Source: Candidatus Aenigmarchaeota archaeon CG_4_9_14_3_um_filter_37_18 (lineage in GTDB: Archaea; Aenigmatarchaeota; Aenigmatarchaeia; CG10238-14). Taken from it: a stretch of DNA of 32,804 bases. The stretch covers positions 1 to 32,804 of the forward strand of contig PFTQ01000061.1 of the NCBI GenBank assembly GCA_002789635.1, in the 5' to 3' direction. Every line of letters starts with the position of its first letter. Position 1 is the stretch's first letter. Both the position numbers and the translations under genes were made by a program. The notes below the pieces were generated by a model that did no database searches, was not told where the DNA came from, and saw nothing but the letters and a program-made list of their open reading frames with translations. Of this stretch, positions 8,117-17,147 are shown piece by piece.

Positions 8117-9267
8117 TAATCAACAATATACTTAACCTTTCCGCTTTCACCTTTGCCAGTGCATTCAAGAAGATCCTCGATTATTTCAACATACTTTTCC
8201 TTCGGGGCTTGCTGCCCCCCGAGGCCAAGAATATAGTCGTTTATAACCCGCTTATAGCCGTACATCAGCGATCGAATATCATGATAAAGAATGCCGCCAT
8301 AACCCGGAGCAAGATTCTGGTCGCACACACCTATTCCCACAACATCATTCAACGCATCTTCCAGCTCCTTGAATGGAAATGGCCTATAGACAATTATCTT
8401 AACTAATCCAGCCTTTATCCCTTTCTTCCTCGCTTCAACTACAGCTGCTTTTGCAGTAGATGTCATCGCTCCAACCGAGACTAAGGCAATAACAGCGTCA
8501 TCCATCATAAACCTTTCAATAACATCATACTTCCTTCCGAATTTCTTTTCCCATTCTTTGAATGTTTTTTTGATGACTTCTCTTGCATTCTCCATTGCTG
8601 CCTGCTGCTGCAGGCGGAATTCCATATAGCCTTCCATCACTGGCACCCCCAGATTCATTGGCTTCTTTGGGTCGAGATATGTCAGCGGCTTATATTTTGG
8701 CAGAAATTTATCGACTTGTTTTTGATTAGGGGCTTCGACTGGCTCTTTTGTATAGCTTAGAATAAACCCATCCAGATTAACAATGCATGGAAGCAGTACC
8801 TTATGGTTCTCTGAAATCTTGAAAGCTTGCAGTGTTAAGTCAATAACTTCTTGATTGTTCTCTGTAAAGAATATCATCCATCCCGAATCCCGCTGATCTA
8901 AAATATCATTGTGGTCAGACCAGAGTGTGATTGGGGCAGACAATCCGCGGGAAACATTTATCATAACAACAGGCAGCCTCATTCCAGATGCTATATACAG
9001 GATTTCATGCATGAGCAACAATCCTTGAGATGATGTTGCGGTGAATGTTCTGACGCCAGTCGCCTCGGAAGCTACAGCAGCAGACATAACCGAGTGTTCA
9101 GACTCAACATCGAGAAAATCCCCTTTAAACAAGCCATCAGCTTTCCATTGGGCTAATGTTTCGATTAGTTCTGTCTGCGGGGTGACTGGGAAATTAGGAA
9201 AAACTTTCACATCTGCCAACCGAGCTGCCCATGCGCCTGCTTCATTCCCATCCATTAATTTTTTCAT
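8116..9267 (-). CDS. porA: Pyruvate/2-oxoacid:ferredoxin oxidoreductase alpha subunit
   Basis: GNEA, FPVTPQT, VESEHS, TATSSQGL, YRPFP, LGLGG; start reassigned to ATG 9267 after AAGGTGA SD. Confidence 0.93.
   Translation of the reverse strand: MKKLMDGNEAGAWAARLADVKVFPNFPVTPQTELIETLAQWKADGLFKGDFLDVESEHSVMSAAVASEATGVRTFTATSSQGLLLMHEILYIASGMRLPVVMINVSRGLSAPITLWSDHNDILDQRDSGWMIFFTENNQEVIDLTLQAFKISENHKVLLPCIVNLDGFILSYTKEPVEAPNQKQVDKFLPKYKPLTYLDPKKPMNLGVPVMEGYMEFRLQQQAAMENAREVIKKTFKEWEKKFGRKYDVIERFMMDDAVIALVSVGAMTSTAKAAVVEARKKGIKAGLVKIIVYRPFPFKELEDALNDVVGIGVCDQNLAPGYGGILYHDIRSLMYGYKRVINDYILGLGGQQAPKEKYVEIIEDLLECTGKGESGKVKYIVD
8118..8148. repeat. 31-bp direct repeat copy 2 (actual porA 3' end)
   Basis: Encodes ESGKVKYIVD; matches 7520-7550. 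Confidence 0.9.
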
Positions 9268-9578
9268 TTCTTCACCTTCTTGTAAACCCAAAATATTAAA
9301 CATGAAATTAAATACCAGAATAAGATGTCAATAATTAAAAATTCATATCTTAAATTAACAAATCCCCTACCAGAAAAACCCCCACTTCCCTCTGCATAAA
9401 ATCCCATTGGTAAACCTATTAAAATTTCCGTACAAAAAGCGTCTGGATACATTGGACACATATCTTTAGTAATTGGATGAAAGACTGGTAAAGAGCTCAT
9501 GATAGTAAATATTACAAGTAGTATTATTTTTCCTAAAGTCGGTTTTAAAAATTTCTTTAAATCAAATTTCTTCTTCAT
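9264..9578 (-). CDS. Two-TM hypothetical membrane protein
   Basis: Two hydrophobic segments with a Cys-pair loop; ATGA overlap with porA. Confidence 0.7.
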   Translation of the reverse strand: MKKKFDLKKFLKPTLGKIILLVIFTIMSSLPVFHPITKDMCPMYPDAFCTEILIGLPMGFYAEGSGGFSGRGFVNLRYEFLIIDILFWYLISCLIFWVYKKVKK

Positions 9579-9579
9579 C

Positions 9580-10101
9580 CTATTCCAACCCCGCGCATTC
9601 TTCGCTCATATGCTCTTGCAATGAACACCAATCCCCAGAGCATTCCTGCACAACTTCATAATGCGTGCAGAATATCTTCCCTATGAATTCAAGAAATTTA
9701 GCTTTGATCTTAACGCCAATCAAGCTTTTCTTCGGTATATCCTTGATAATGACATTAGGCTGATACAAGCCGGCTATCGAATCCTTCTCCTCTTTTGAAA
9801 GGTCATAAGCCCCTTCCTTCTCCATATCATCCAACACTTTCCTGAATTCAGCCTTATCCAAACATTCAGTTCCAACCTGGTTGCAGGTTATGATTAACCC
9901 GTTTTCATTTATCCCGACAGTGTAATCGTCGTATTTCTTCTCCAGTTCTTTGCTGCTCAGTTTCACAAAATTCCCGCTGATCTTCAATGGATCCAAATCA
10001 ATCGGATAATGCAGCTGAACAGTATCTGGCAATACCCTCGCATCAGCAATGCCAAAAGACAGCAAAACCAATCCAATTATCATCCACTTAATCATGTACA
10101 T
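9580..10101 (-). CDS. Hypothetical secreted protein
   Basis: Signal peptide ending ADA; six Cys; overlaps porD end. Confidence 0.7.
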   Translation of the reverse strand: MYMIKWMIIGLVLLSFGIADARVLPDTVQLHYPIDLDPLKISGNFVKLSSKELEKKYDDYTVGINENGLIITCNQVGTECLDKAEFRKVLDDMEKEGAYDLSKEEKDSIAGLYQPNVIIKDIPKKSLIGVKIKAKFLEFIGKIFCTHYEVVQECSGDWCSLQEHMSEECAGLE

Positions 10102-10396
10102 CCCTCACTTTTTTTATGCATTTGACCGGGCAAACATTTGCGCAGACCAAACAACCCTTGCATATAGTATAATCAACATGCGGATAATCATTCTTGTCAA
10201 GGTTTATTGCGGCTTCCGGGCATGATATCCAACATTGCCTGCATTTAATGCATTTGTTCCTGTTGATAATAGGCTTGAAGACTCTCCAGTTGCCTACATT
10301 CCTCTTTACACTATTGCCTTTTGCTTCTATGTACGGAATACCTTTCTTCCCTAGATATTCTATCTTCTCTATACCCACGGGTTTCTTCTTGATCAT
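10088..10396 (-). CDS. porD: 2-oxoacid:ferredoxin oxidoreductase delta subunit, 2x[4Fe-4S]
   Basis: GNWR..KP, CIKCRQCWISCP, CKGCLVCANVCP. Confidence 0.93.
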   Translation of the reverse strand: MIKKKPVGIEKIEYLGKKGIPYIEAKGNSVKRNVGNWRVFKPIINRNKCIKCRQCWISCPEAAINLDKNDYPHVDYTICKGCLVCANVCPVKCIKKVRDVHD

Positions 10397-10935
10397 ATGA
10401 ACCTACCATATCCTATTTTTGCGGCCTGTTTGTTTGCCTGTATGACTTTTTCAGGGTATTTTTCAAGCTTTTCTTCTATGGCTTTCTCGAGGTTCTCGAG
10501 TGTTATTTTGTCTTTCAGCCTCTTCACTAACAAGCCAAGCATGACTGTATTTGGAATCGGTTTTCCTATGGTTTCCAGGGCTATTGAGGTTGCGTCAACG
10601 CAGATGAAATTCTTACTGTTCTTTAGCTTTAATTTATCTCGACGAGACGTGTTAATCAATACTAGAGTATGTTCTGTCGAGCCATTGAGCATGTGCTTAA
10701 AGTCAAGCGAGTCATCCAATACTATAATAATGTCTGGCCTGGTTACATAGCCTCTTTCGAGAATGGGTTCCTTGTCTATCCTGACGAAACTGACTAATGG
10801 CGCCCCTCTTCTTTCAGCCCCATACAAGCTAAAGTCCTGAGTTTTAAATCCCGAGAGAAATGCTGCTTTTCCAAATATCTCCGCGCAAGATTTTACCCCT
10901 GCTCCACCCCTGCCATGCACCCTGATTTCAAGCAT
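10393..10935 (-). CDS. porC: 2-oxoacid:ferredoxin oxidoreductase gamma subunit
   Basis: EIRVHGRGG.G, YGAERRGAP, PNTVMLG. Confidence 0.93.
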   Translation of the reverse strand: MLEIRVHGRGGAGVKSCAEIFGKAAFLSGFKTQDFSLYGAERRGAPLVSFVRIDKEPILERGYVTRPDIIIVLDDSLDFKHMLNGSTEHTLVLINTSRRDKLKLKNSKNFICVDATSIALETIGKPIPNTVMLGLLVKRLKDKITLENLEKAIEEKLEKYPEKVIQANKQAAKIGYGRFI

Positions 10936-11130
10936 CTACTCACTGTTATTATTTGGATTGAATTAATATTAAGTTTATCCAAGGCACAACTCGGCATAAT
11001 TTCTATCAGCCCGAATTTATTTAACATAAATAAGATATTCCGATAATACATATATTATTCGATAGATAAAATTTTAAATATACTGTAACAATATATTAAC
11101 TATAAGTAACATTTTGTAATGGGTGTAAAA

Positions 11131-11280
11131 ATGGGTGTAGTAAGAATAGATGATAAATTAATAAAAGATGTCCAAGAATGGCTGAATGAGAATGGCAATA
11201 AATATAAGCACCCAACCCTCTCATCATTTGTTAATAATGCAGTTTATGAAAAATTAAAAGAGGCTAAATCAAAAAAATAG
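11131..11280 (+). CDS. 49-aa ribbon-helix-helix-like regulator
   Basis: Hand translation MGVVRIDDKLIKDVQEWL...YKHPTLSSFVNNAVYEKLK; GGGTG SD; 8 nt upstream of the MTase. Confidence 0.65.
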   Translation: MGVVRIDDKLIKDVQEWLNENGNKYKHPTLSSFVNNAVYEKLKEAKSKK

Positions 11281-11288
11281 GTGTTAAA

Positions 11289-12305
11289 ATGAAAAAGAAA
11301 TTTAAAATAATGTCTTTATTCGCAGGCTACGGGGGGATGGATTTAGGCTTTATTATGGCTGAACATCCGGAATCAGCATACGAGATAGTATGGGCTAATG
11401 ATTTTGATAAAACTGCCTGCGAAACGTATCGGAAAAATTTTAAGCATGATATAGTCTGCGGGGATATCTGGGATATTGATTTAGATAAAACCCCAAACTG
11501 CGATGTAATAGTCGGCGGTTTTCCATGCCAGGATTTCTCAATTTTAAGAGGCGACAATCGAGATGGTTTTAAGTCAAAAAGAGGGCTTTTATATACTCGA
11601 TTTGTTGAAGCAGTTTCAAAAAAATCGCCTTTATTTTTTGTGGCTGAAAATGTCAAGGGGCTTTTAACAACTCATAATGGCTGGGCGATAAAGAAAATAA
11701 AAGAAGATTTTGAGAAAGTTGATCATGCCAGCTATGATGTAAAATATAAATTAATTAACTTTGCCGACTATGGAGTTCCGCAGAATAGGGAAAGAGTTAT
11801 TATTGTTGGAGTGAGAAGAGACTTGAAATTAAACTTTGTATTTCCAGAACCGACTCACAAAAATAAGCCTGTTCCAGCAAAAGTTGCATTGGCAGGTGTT
11901 GAAAATGCAAAATTCAACAATGAAAAGATACATATTCAGCCGTCAACAAAGAAAAAACTTGAATTTATTCCTGCAGGCGGCAATTATAAAAATTTGCCTG
12001 GTTATGAAAATAAAAATTGGATGAGTTTAATTTACAAGAGGCTCCATCCAAACCTGCCTTCTCCAACTATTGTCGCCAATGGCGGCGGAGGAACATGGGG
12101 CTATCATTTTTCAGAACCAAGACCTTTAACCAATAGGGAAAGAGCAAGAATACAGACCTTTCCAGATAATTTTGAGTTTGTCGGCAATATCCCCGAAGTT
12201 AGAAAACAATTAGGCAATGCTGTTCCGCCTTTAGGTATAAAACCAATCGCAGAGCAAATTTTAAAGATGGCAAATAAAGAGATAGGGTTAAACAAGTTTT
12301 TTTAA
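11289..12305 (+). CDS. DNA (cytosine-5)-methyltransferase
   Basis: FAGYGG, GGFPCQ, ENV, PQNRER, GNAV; GGGGTWGYH..EPR.LTNRERAR recalls the M.CglI/M.NgoFVII group (from memory, unverified). Confidence 0.95.
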   Translation: MKKKFKIMSLFAGYGGMDLGFIMAEHPESAYEIVWANDFDKTACETYRKNFKHDIVCGDIWDIDLDKTPNCDVIVGGFPCQDFSILRGDNRDGFKSKRGLLYTRFVEAVSKKSPLFFVAENVKGLLTTHNGWAIKKIKEDFEKVDHASYDVKYKLINFADYGVPQNRERVIIVGVRRDLKLNFVFPEPTHKNKPVPAKVALAGVENAKFNNEKIHIQPSTKKKLEFIPAGGNYKNLPGYENKNWMSLIYKRLHPNLPSPTIVANGGGGTWGYHFSEPRPLTNRERARIQTFPDNFEFVGNIPEVRKQLGNAVPPLGIKPIAEQILKMANKEIGLNKFF

Positions 12306-12735
12306 AAATTCTTTCCAAGTTTCATCTCTATTTGGAATACTTCTTAGTGGATAGCCTCTATTTGCTATTCTCAGCGGAGATAAATTTTTGTCAATAATCA
12401 AAAAGATTTTTCCTTTGTTCAGCTTATACTTTCCCAACATTTTATGAGAAATGGATAAATCTGATATTGCTTTGATATATTTTGTTTCCGTACCTCTTGA
12501 TGATGTCTTGATATAAAATTCATACTTCCCCATTATTTTGAATGGCTGCAGAACTTTTTTCAATGTAAATTCATTATTTTTTAGCTGTGAGGCTTCGGGA
12601 TTTCCTATTATTCTCAGTTTTTCCTCAAAGATTTCAGTCTCAAAAATGCTGTCTCCTGCATTGAATTTTACTGTATTGCTCTCGAATTCATCTCTCCAGA
12701 CTATGCCTTTTATTTCTGCGTCTATCGTAAATAAT
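12288..12735 (-). pseudogene. 3' remnant of an unidentified gene lacking its start
   Basis: Frame open from ~12735 (LFTIDAEIKGIVWRDEFES...) to 12288, extending ~57 codons 5' of the TTG used in the ORF track. Confidence 0.55.
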
Positions 12736-12823
12736 TATGAATATTCTTTTCTTGATTAGTCCATTTGCTTCTAATGCTGGACATTGTTTTGCTCCGCTGT
12801 TCTTTCGTTAAATTGTCAGCCAT
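12722..12823 (-). pseudogene. vsr: 5' fragment of very-short-patch repair endonuclease
   Basis: Hand translation MADNLTKEQRSKTMSSIRSKWTNQEKNIHNYLR* matches the Vsr N-terminus pattern D.....RS..M..IRS..T..E; stops after 33 aa. Confidence 0.85.
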
Positions 12824-12988
12824 AATACAAAGATATTCACAGCAATATATTAATTTAATCTATCCCGCCTATAAAAGATGATTTTTGATTAGGCAGGCAT
12901 GATCTGGATCTTGATAGATTTAATGAAGACAGCCTGCTTATTGAAATGCTGGGTTGTGAATTTGAAGAAATTGATATGAAAGGCTAAT

Positions 12989-13459
12989 CTAAGTAATTTT
13001 ATCGAGTATTATATGGCTTAGATAACCCCATAGGATGATGAGGTAGTATAAGCAGAATTCAAATCCCGGAAATCTAAAAATCAGCCAAAAAACAAAAGTT
13101 AAGGCAAAAGAAAAAATAAAAGAAAACCAGAGTGTGTGCGTGGCTCCTCTATGCTCTGTCGGGAAGAATCTTATCGCCAAGTAGATTAGTGCGAAGCCAA
13201 TGACTCCAGAAATAACAGAATCAACTGAAAAATTAACAGCTAAAAAACCAGTTACGGCTGATGCTAGGATCAATGAAACATATGCACGTATCCTGCTCTT
13301 GGGTGTGTCAATGTCTGGGAAAAGGGCTGCTGTCAGGTTCAATAAAACTAGAAAAAATATTGTTATTAAATTATTGATTAAGCCCAAGCTAAAAATAAGG
13401 CCTAGAAAAACGGCCACGAAGATCAGGTCGAATATCAAATGAATTTTCCATGAAGGCAT
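12989..13459 (-). CDS. Membrane-bound metal-dependent hydrolase (YdjM/DUF457-like)
   Basis: N-terminal H, FPDID, HRGATH, GYLSHIILD; multiple TMs. Confidence 0.85.
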   Translation of the reverse strand: MPSWKIHLIFDLIFVAVFLGLIFSLGLINNLITIFFLVLLNLTAALFPDIDTPKSRIRAYVSLILASAVTGFLAVNFSVDSVISGVIGFALIYLAIRFFPTEHRGATHTLWFSFIFSFALTFVFWLIFRFPGFEFCLYYLIILWGYLSHIILDKIT

Positions 13460-13472
13460 CGCAAAAACCTTA

Positions 13473-13670
13473 CTATATCAATCCCCTTGCTCTCAGGTAT
13501 TTCCTGGCATCAGCCTTAAAATTTTTGCCAGAAAACATATTGGAGAACAGAGATGAACTCCCTTTCAGTTGGGATTCAATCAATTTTTTCTGCTGCTTAA
13601 ACAAACTGTTATCGCTCTTGAGCTTTTCAGCGTACAATTCGATGTAGTCCATATCTGTTTTTGGTTTCAT
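13473..13670 (-). CDS. Small hypothetical protein coupled to the nucleotidyltransferase
   Basis: 65 aa, starts 1 nt after the upstream stop. Confidence 0.65.
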   Translation of the reverse strand: MKPKTDMDYIELYAEKLKSDNSLFKQQKKLIESQLKGSSSLFSNMFSGKNFKADARKYLRARGLI

Positions 13671-13671
13671 T

Positions 13672-14280
13672 TCAGTTCCCCCGTATTATTTTTTCATACT
13701 TATCAAATTTATCCTTGCTCAAAATGTTAGAAAAGAATATCCTTAAGTGTTTGGCATCTTCTTTATCCTTTTTGCTGCCCAAGATTTTCTCCTTATATAG
13801 AATCTCAAATTCGAGAGGGGGGATTTTGAATTCAAAGTCTTTGACCCTTACTTTCTGAGGGTGAGTAAATTCAAAGAACTGGATTTTCTTTTTTTCATTT
13901 ATCGGCACGAATTCCACGTTCGGGAAAATCTCATTCTTTCTTGCGAATCTTATGTTTTGCATATCTTTGATATACTGATAAACTTCTCTTGGATCATCAC
14001 TCTGGTAACACCAAAAATTATTTTTCTGCAGATCATTAAACAGCTCTTCAAAATCATGCTCCTCCATTTTTGGAACAAGAATATCTACATCTTCTGTCCC
14101 CCTCGCCCTCCCGGTAGAAATGCTGACAAAACCGCTTACGATCAAATAATCCGAATATCTTTTAAGAATATTTAGGAAGTCCTTGACAAACAGGTCTAAT
14201 TCCGTCAAATCCCTATCTATCACTATAATATCTTCCTGTAAACAATAGCCTTTAGCCATATATCTGACCTTTTCAATCAA
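13672..14280 (-). CDS. Pol-beta-superfamily nucleotidyltransferase (AbiEii/DUF6036-like)
   Basis: YLIVSGF...GRARGTEDVDIL and C-terminal K....S.KD..D. Confidence 0.65.
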   Translation of the reverse strand: MIEKVRYMAKGYCLQEDIIVIDRDLTELDLFVKDFLNILKRYSDYLIVSGFVSISTGRARGTEDVDILVPKMEEHDFEELFNDLQKNNFWCYQSDDPREVYQYIKDMQNIRFARKNEIFPNVEFVPINEKKKIQFFEFTHPQKVRVKDFEFKIPPLEFEILYKEKILGSKKDKEDAKHLRIFFSNILSKDKFDKYEKIIRGN

Positions 14281-14965
14281 TTATTATCCTTGCATCAACA
14301 GCAACTGCTCCTTCAGTCAAAGCAAACACAGGATTAATATCCAGCTCGACAATATCATCATTCTCCTCAAGCATGCGGGAAGTCCTAATAAGAATGTCCA
14401 CTAAAGCCTTAAAGTCAACTGGCTTTTGCCCCCTCGCTCCCCGAAGAACTTTCACTCCTTTAATCTCGCTGATCATATTCACAGCATCTTTCTCGTTAAT
14501 AGGAACCACACGAAAGCTGACATCATTAAACACCTCGACAAACACTCCGCCTAAACCGAACAGCAAAACCTGACCGAATGTTGGGTCTTTTTTCCCGCCG
14601 ACAATAACCTCAGCAGCTTTCGGCAGCATCTTTTGAACAAATATTCCGTCTATCCTAGCTTCAGGCTTATTCTTTTTAATATTTTTTATCAATTCTATCA
14701 ACCCATCCCTCAATTCCTTTTCATTCTTTACCCCGGTTATTACCCCGCCGGCATCTGTCTTGTGAATTATGTCTTTGCTGACTACTTTTAGAACAAGCGG
14801 ATATCCACGCTTGTCTGCGAAAGCTAAAGCGTCTTCTATTTGCTGGACAACTAAACCGTCAACAACAGGTATCCGATAATGCTTAAGGATTTCTCTGGAT
14901 TCCAATTCTGTCAGGTTTTTTCTGTTTTCTTTTCTGGCTTGGTCAAAGATAGGCTCGGGCTTCAT
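14273..14965 (-). CDS. acdB: Acetate--CoA ligase (ADP-forming) beta subunit, ATP-grasp
   Basis: GYPLVLKVVS..IIHKTDAGGV, DPTFG..LFGLGGVFVE, ELDINP, VDAR. Confidence 0.92.
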   Translation of the reverse strand: MKPEPIFDQARKENRKNLTELESREILKHYRIPVVDGLVVQQIEDALAFADKRGYPLVLKVVSKDIIHKTDAGGVITGVKNEKELRDGLIELIKNIKKNKPEARIDGIFVQKMLPKAAEVIVGGKKDPTFGQVLLFGLGGVFVEVFNDVSFRVVPINEKDAVNMISEIKGVKVLRGARGQKPVDFKALVDILIRTSRMLEENDDIVELDINPVFALTEGAVAVDARIIID

Positions 14966-15026
14966 GATATATATTATGTTTTTGTTAATTAAAAATTAGG
15001 GGGTTTTTTCGCAACTGATTTTAAAT

Positions 15027-15133
15027 GGAGGAACTAGGCAAGAAGCTTTAAAGAATATAATGGATGCCTACAAGGTTATCTGATCAGCCTTAGAAAACAC
15101 AATGAGCCTATTCCGCTTCCTATTCGCGGGTGA
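15027..15133 (+). pseudogene. HicB-family antitoxin remnant
   Basis: GTRQEALKNIMDA, a 1-nt frameshift, then QGYLISLRKHNEPIPLPI; matches HicB G.T.EEAL.N..EAI..YL....GEPIP; 5' end missing. Confidence 0.7.
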
Positions 15134-15271
15134 ACACTCTGCCTTTCATTAATTAAACTAATCTATTTGATAAAATCTGTATTTTTTGGCAATAGATATA
15201 ATTTGATGGCAATTTTACTCGACAATCTTAAAGGTTTTTATTGATAAACACAGAAGATATTAAGGATTATA

Positions 15272-15904
15272 ATGAATCTAATTGAATTTTTTATCGGCTT
15301 TATTTTTCATCTGGATAAAAACCTCAGCCTGATTATTCAGGCATTCGGCCATTGGTCTTATCTTATCCTATTCCTCATCATATTCTGTGAGACAGGGCTA
15401 GTAATAACGCCTTTTCTCCCAGGGGATTCATTGATATTTCTCTGCGGGGCATTTGCCAGCAGTGGGGCATTCAGCCTCTGGATATTATTTTTTGTTCTTT
15501 CTTTGGCCACAATAATCGGGGACACCGTGAATTATTGGGCTGGGCATTTTTTTGGCCCTAGAATATTCCGCAAAGATACGCGCATCCTTAAGAAAGAATA
15601 CTTGGACGAAACATACAAATTCTATGAAAAACACGGGGGAAAAACAATAATATTGGCAAGGTTTATTCCGATTATCCGCACTTTCGCTCCATTTGTCGCT
15701 GGTATTGGGAAGATGTCTTACTCGAGATTTATCATTTATAATATAATAGGCGGAATTTCTTGGATATCGCTTTTTCTTTTTGGCGGGTATTATTTAGGCA
15801 ACATTCCTATAGTAAAAGAGAACTTATCTTTGGTTATTTTATTGATTATATTTGTTTCTTTGCTGCCGTCTGCAGTTAAATTCTTCTTCAGGAAAAAGAA
15901 GTAA
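15272..15904 (+). CDS. dedA: DedA family membrane protein
   Basis: IIFCETGL...PFLPGDSL, GDTVNY, HGGKTIILARFIPIIRTFAPFVAG. Confidence 0.95.
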   Translation: MNLIEFFIGFIFHLDKNLSLIIQAFGHWSYLILFLIIFCETGLVITPFLPGDSLIFLCGAFASSGAFSLWILFFVLSLATIIGDTVNYWAGHFFGPRIFRKDTRILKKEYLDETYKFYEKHGGKTIILARFIPIIRTFAPFVAGIGKMSYSRFIIYNIIGGISWISLFLFGGYYLGNIPIVKENLSLVILLIIFVSLLPSAVKFFFRKKK

Positions 15905-16082
15905 GTTCTCCATGGAATATCGATTGCTTTGATTATATCTTTGCCCTTCCAGCCTTCAAGAAGTTTTACTCTAATAAAAACGATTTTGTTGCTCCTATCC
16001 ACCTTATCACCCTTTATTTATTGTGTGAGTGCAATTAATTGGGATAGTACATACTTTCTCATCAGCTTTCTAAAAACAAACT

Positions 16083-16340
16083 TTATTTTTTTCTAAGTTT
16101 TTTGTAAATCTTATCCCGATGGTTAAAATCTAAAAGATAAATTTTATTGTTTTTATAAGAATAGAGCAATCTAAAAGGTTTAATATATATTTTTCTCATT
16201 CCCTTTTCGTAACTAAGGAATTTGCCTCTTTCTGGATCTTTAATTATTTTCTTTATTTGTTTCAACATCTTTTCTTTAGTTTTTTTATCCTTGATTTTCT
16301 TTATTTGTTCAATAAATTCTTTCGATCGAATGATCTCCAT
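16083..16340 (-). CDS. RelE/ParE-family toxin
   Basis: 85 aa basic; P..GK.L, R......FRLLY, HRDKIY. Confidence 0.85.
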   Translation of the reverse strand: MEIIRSKEFIEQIKKIKDKKTKEKMLKQIKKIIKDPERGKFLSYEKGMRKIYIKPFRLLYSYKNNKIYLLDFNHRDKIYKKLRKK

Positions 16341-16352
16341 CAGAAAGCCCCT

Positions 16353-16646
16353 TTATTCTTTAACCCATTCTTCCATTTCTTTTAGAAATTCTTCTTTTGT
16401 TTGTATAACACATTTTCCCCTTTCAATTTCCTTTAGTCTGTCTTCAGCTATTTTTATATCTATTAAATCTTCTTTAAGTTGCTCTAAAGTCTCGGATTTC
16501 AGTTTTTTCATTTGTTGAAAAATAAGTTTATTATCAATTTTGACAACTAGAAATTTCTCTCCCTTCCTAATATTCATTTCTTCTCTGAACTCTTGTGGTA
16601 TTACGATTTGACCCCTTTCTCCAACTTTAGATATTTCTATATCCAT
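16353..16646 (-). CDS. AbrB/MazE-domain antitoxin
   Basis: SKVGERGQIVIPQEFRE.MNI.KGE; acidic C-terminus; ATG 16646 after GGTG. Confidence 0.88.
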   Translation of the reverse strand: MDIEISKVGERGQIVIPQEFREEMNIRKGEKFLVVKIDNKLIFQQMKKLKSETLEQLKEDLIDIKIAEDRLKEIERGKCVIQTKEEFLKEMEEWVKE

Positions 16647-17147
16647 TTTTAACACCAGTATGAATAATATGATTAATCATATTTAAATGTTTCATTTCTA
16701 TTAAAAAATGAGGATTTGCTCTAGCATTTAAAAAAATTTGCTTTTAAAGTTTAAAAAAGGCAATTTAACTTCAACAGAACGTTCAATATTCAATCATTAG
16801 AGAGGAAAAGATAGTTGACCATAACTTTGACTTATTACTGAAAGACGTGGAATTACTGAAGGGGTATATCTCTTAAAGTATCTAAAGCTTCTGGAGTTAG
16901 TTCATTTCCTGAAAAGAGACAGCCATGGCAAAAACCATTTCTAGTTAAATATTCAGCAATTGTATTTTCGGTTCCATCAGGTCTGGCTTCAATGAATATC
17001 TCTAAAGCAGCTCCATGAATAAGACGACCAAAATATAAATTTTCCCTTAAATTTGAATATTGTGCTAAAGAACCTAAACCACATCTGACTCTATGCAAAT
17101 CATCATTAGCATCCCTGATGGTATCTTGTTGACCATATATATTTGAG

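Noticed and set aside
12888-12988. Short + strand frame LGRHDLDLDRFNEDSLLIEMLGCEFEEIDMKG
   Set aside because: No plausible start for the full frame and no recognisable family; possibly a 3' remnant
15790-16002. 70-aa minus-strand ORF
   Set aside because: Half overlaps dedA antisense; has an SD-like motif but no identifiable family, at most a remnant
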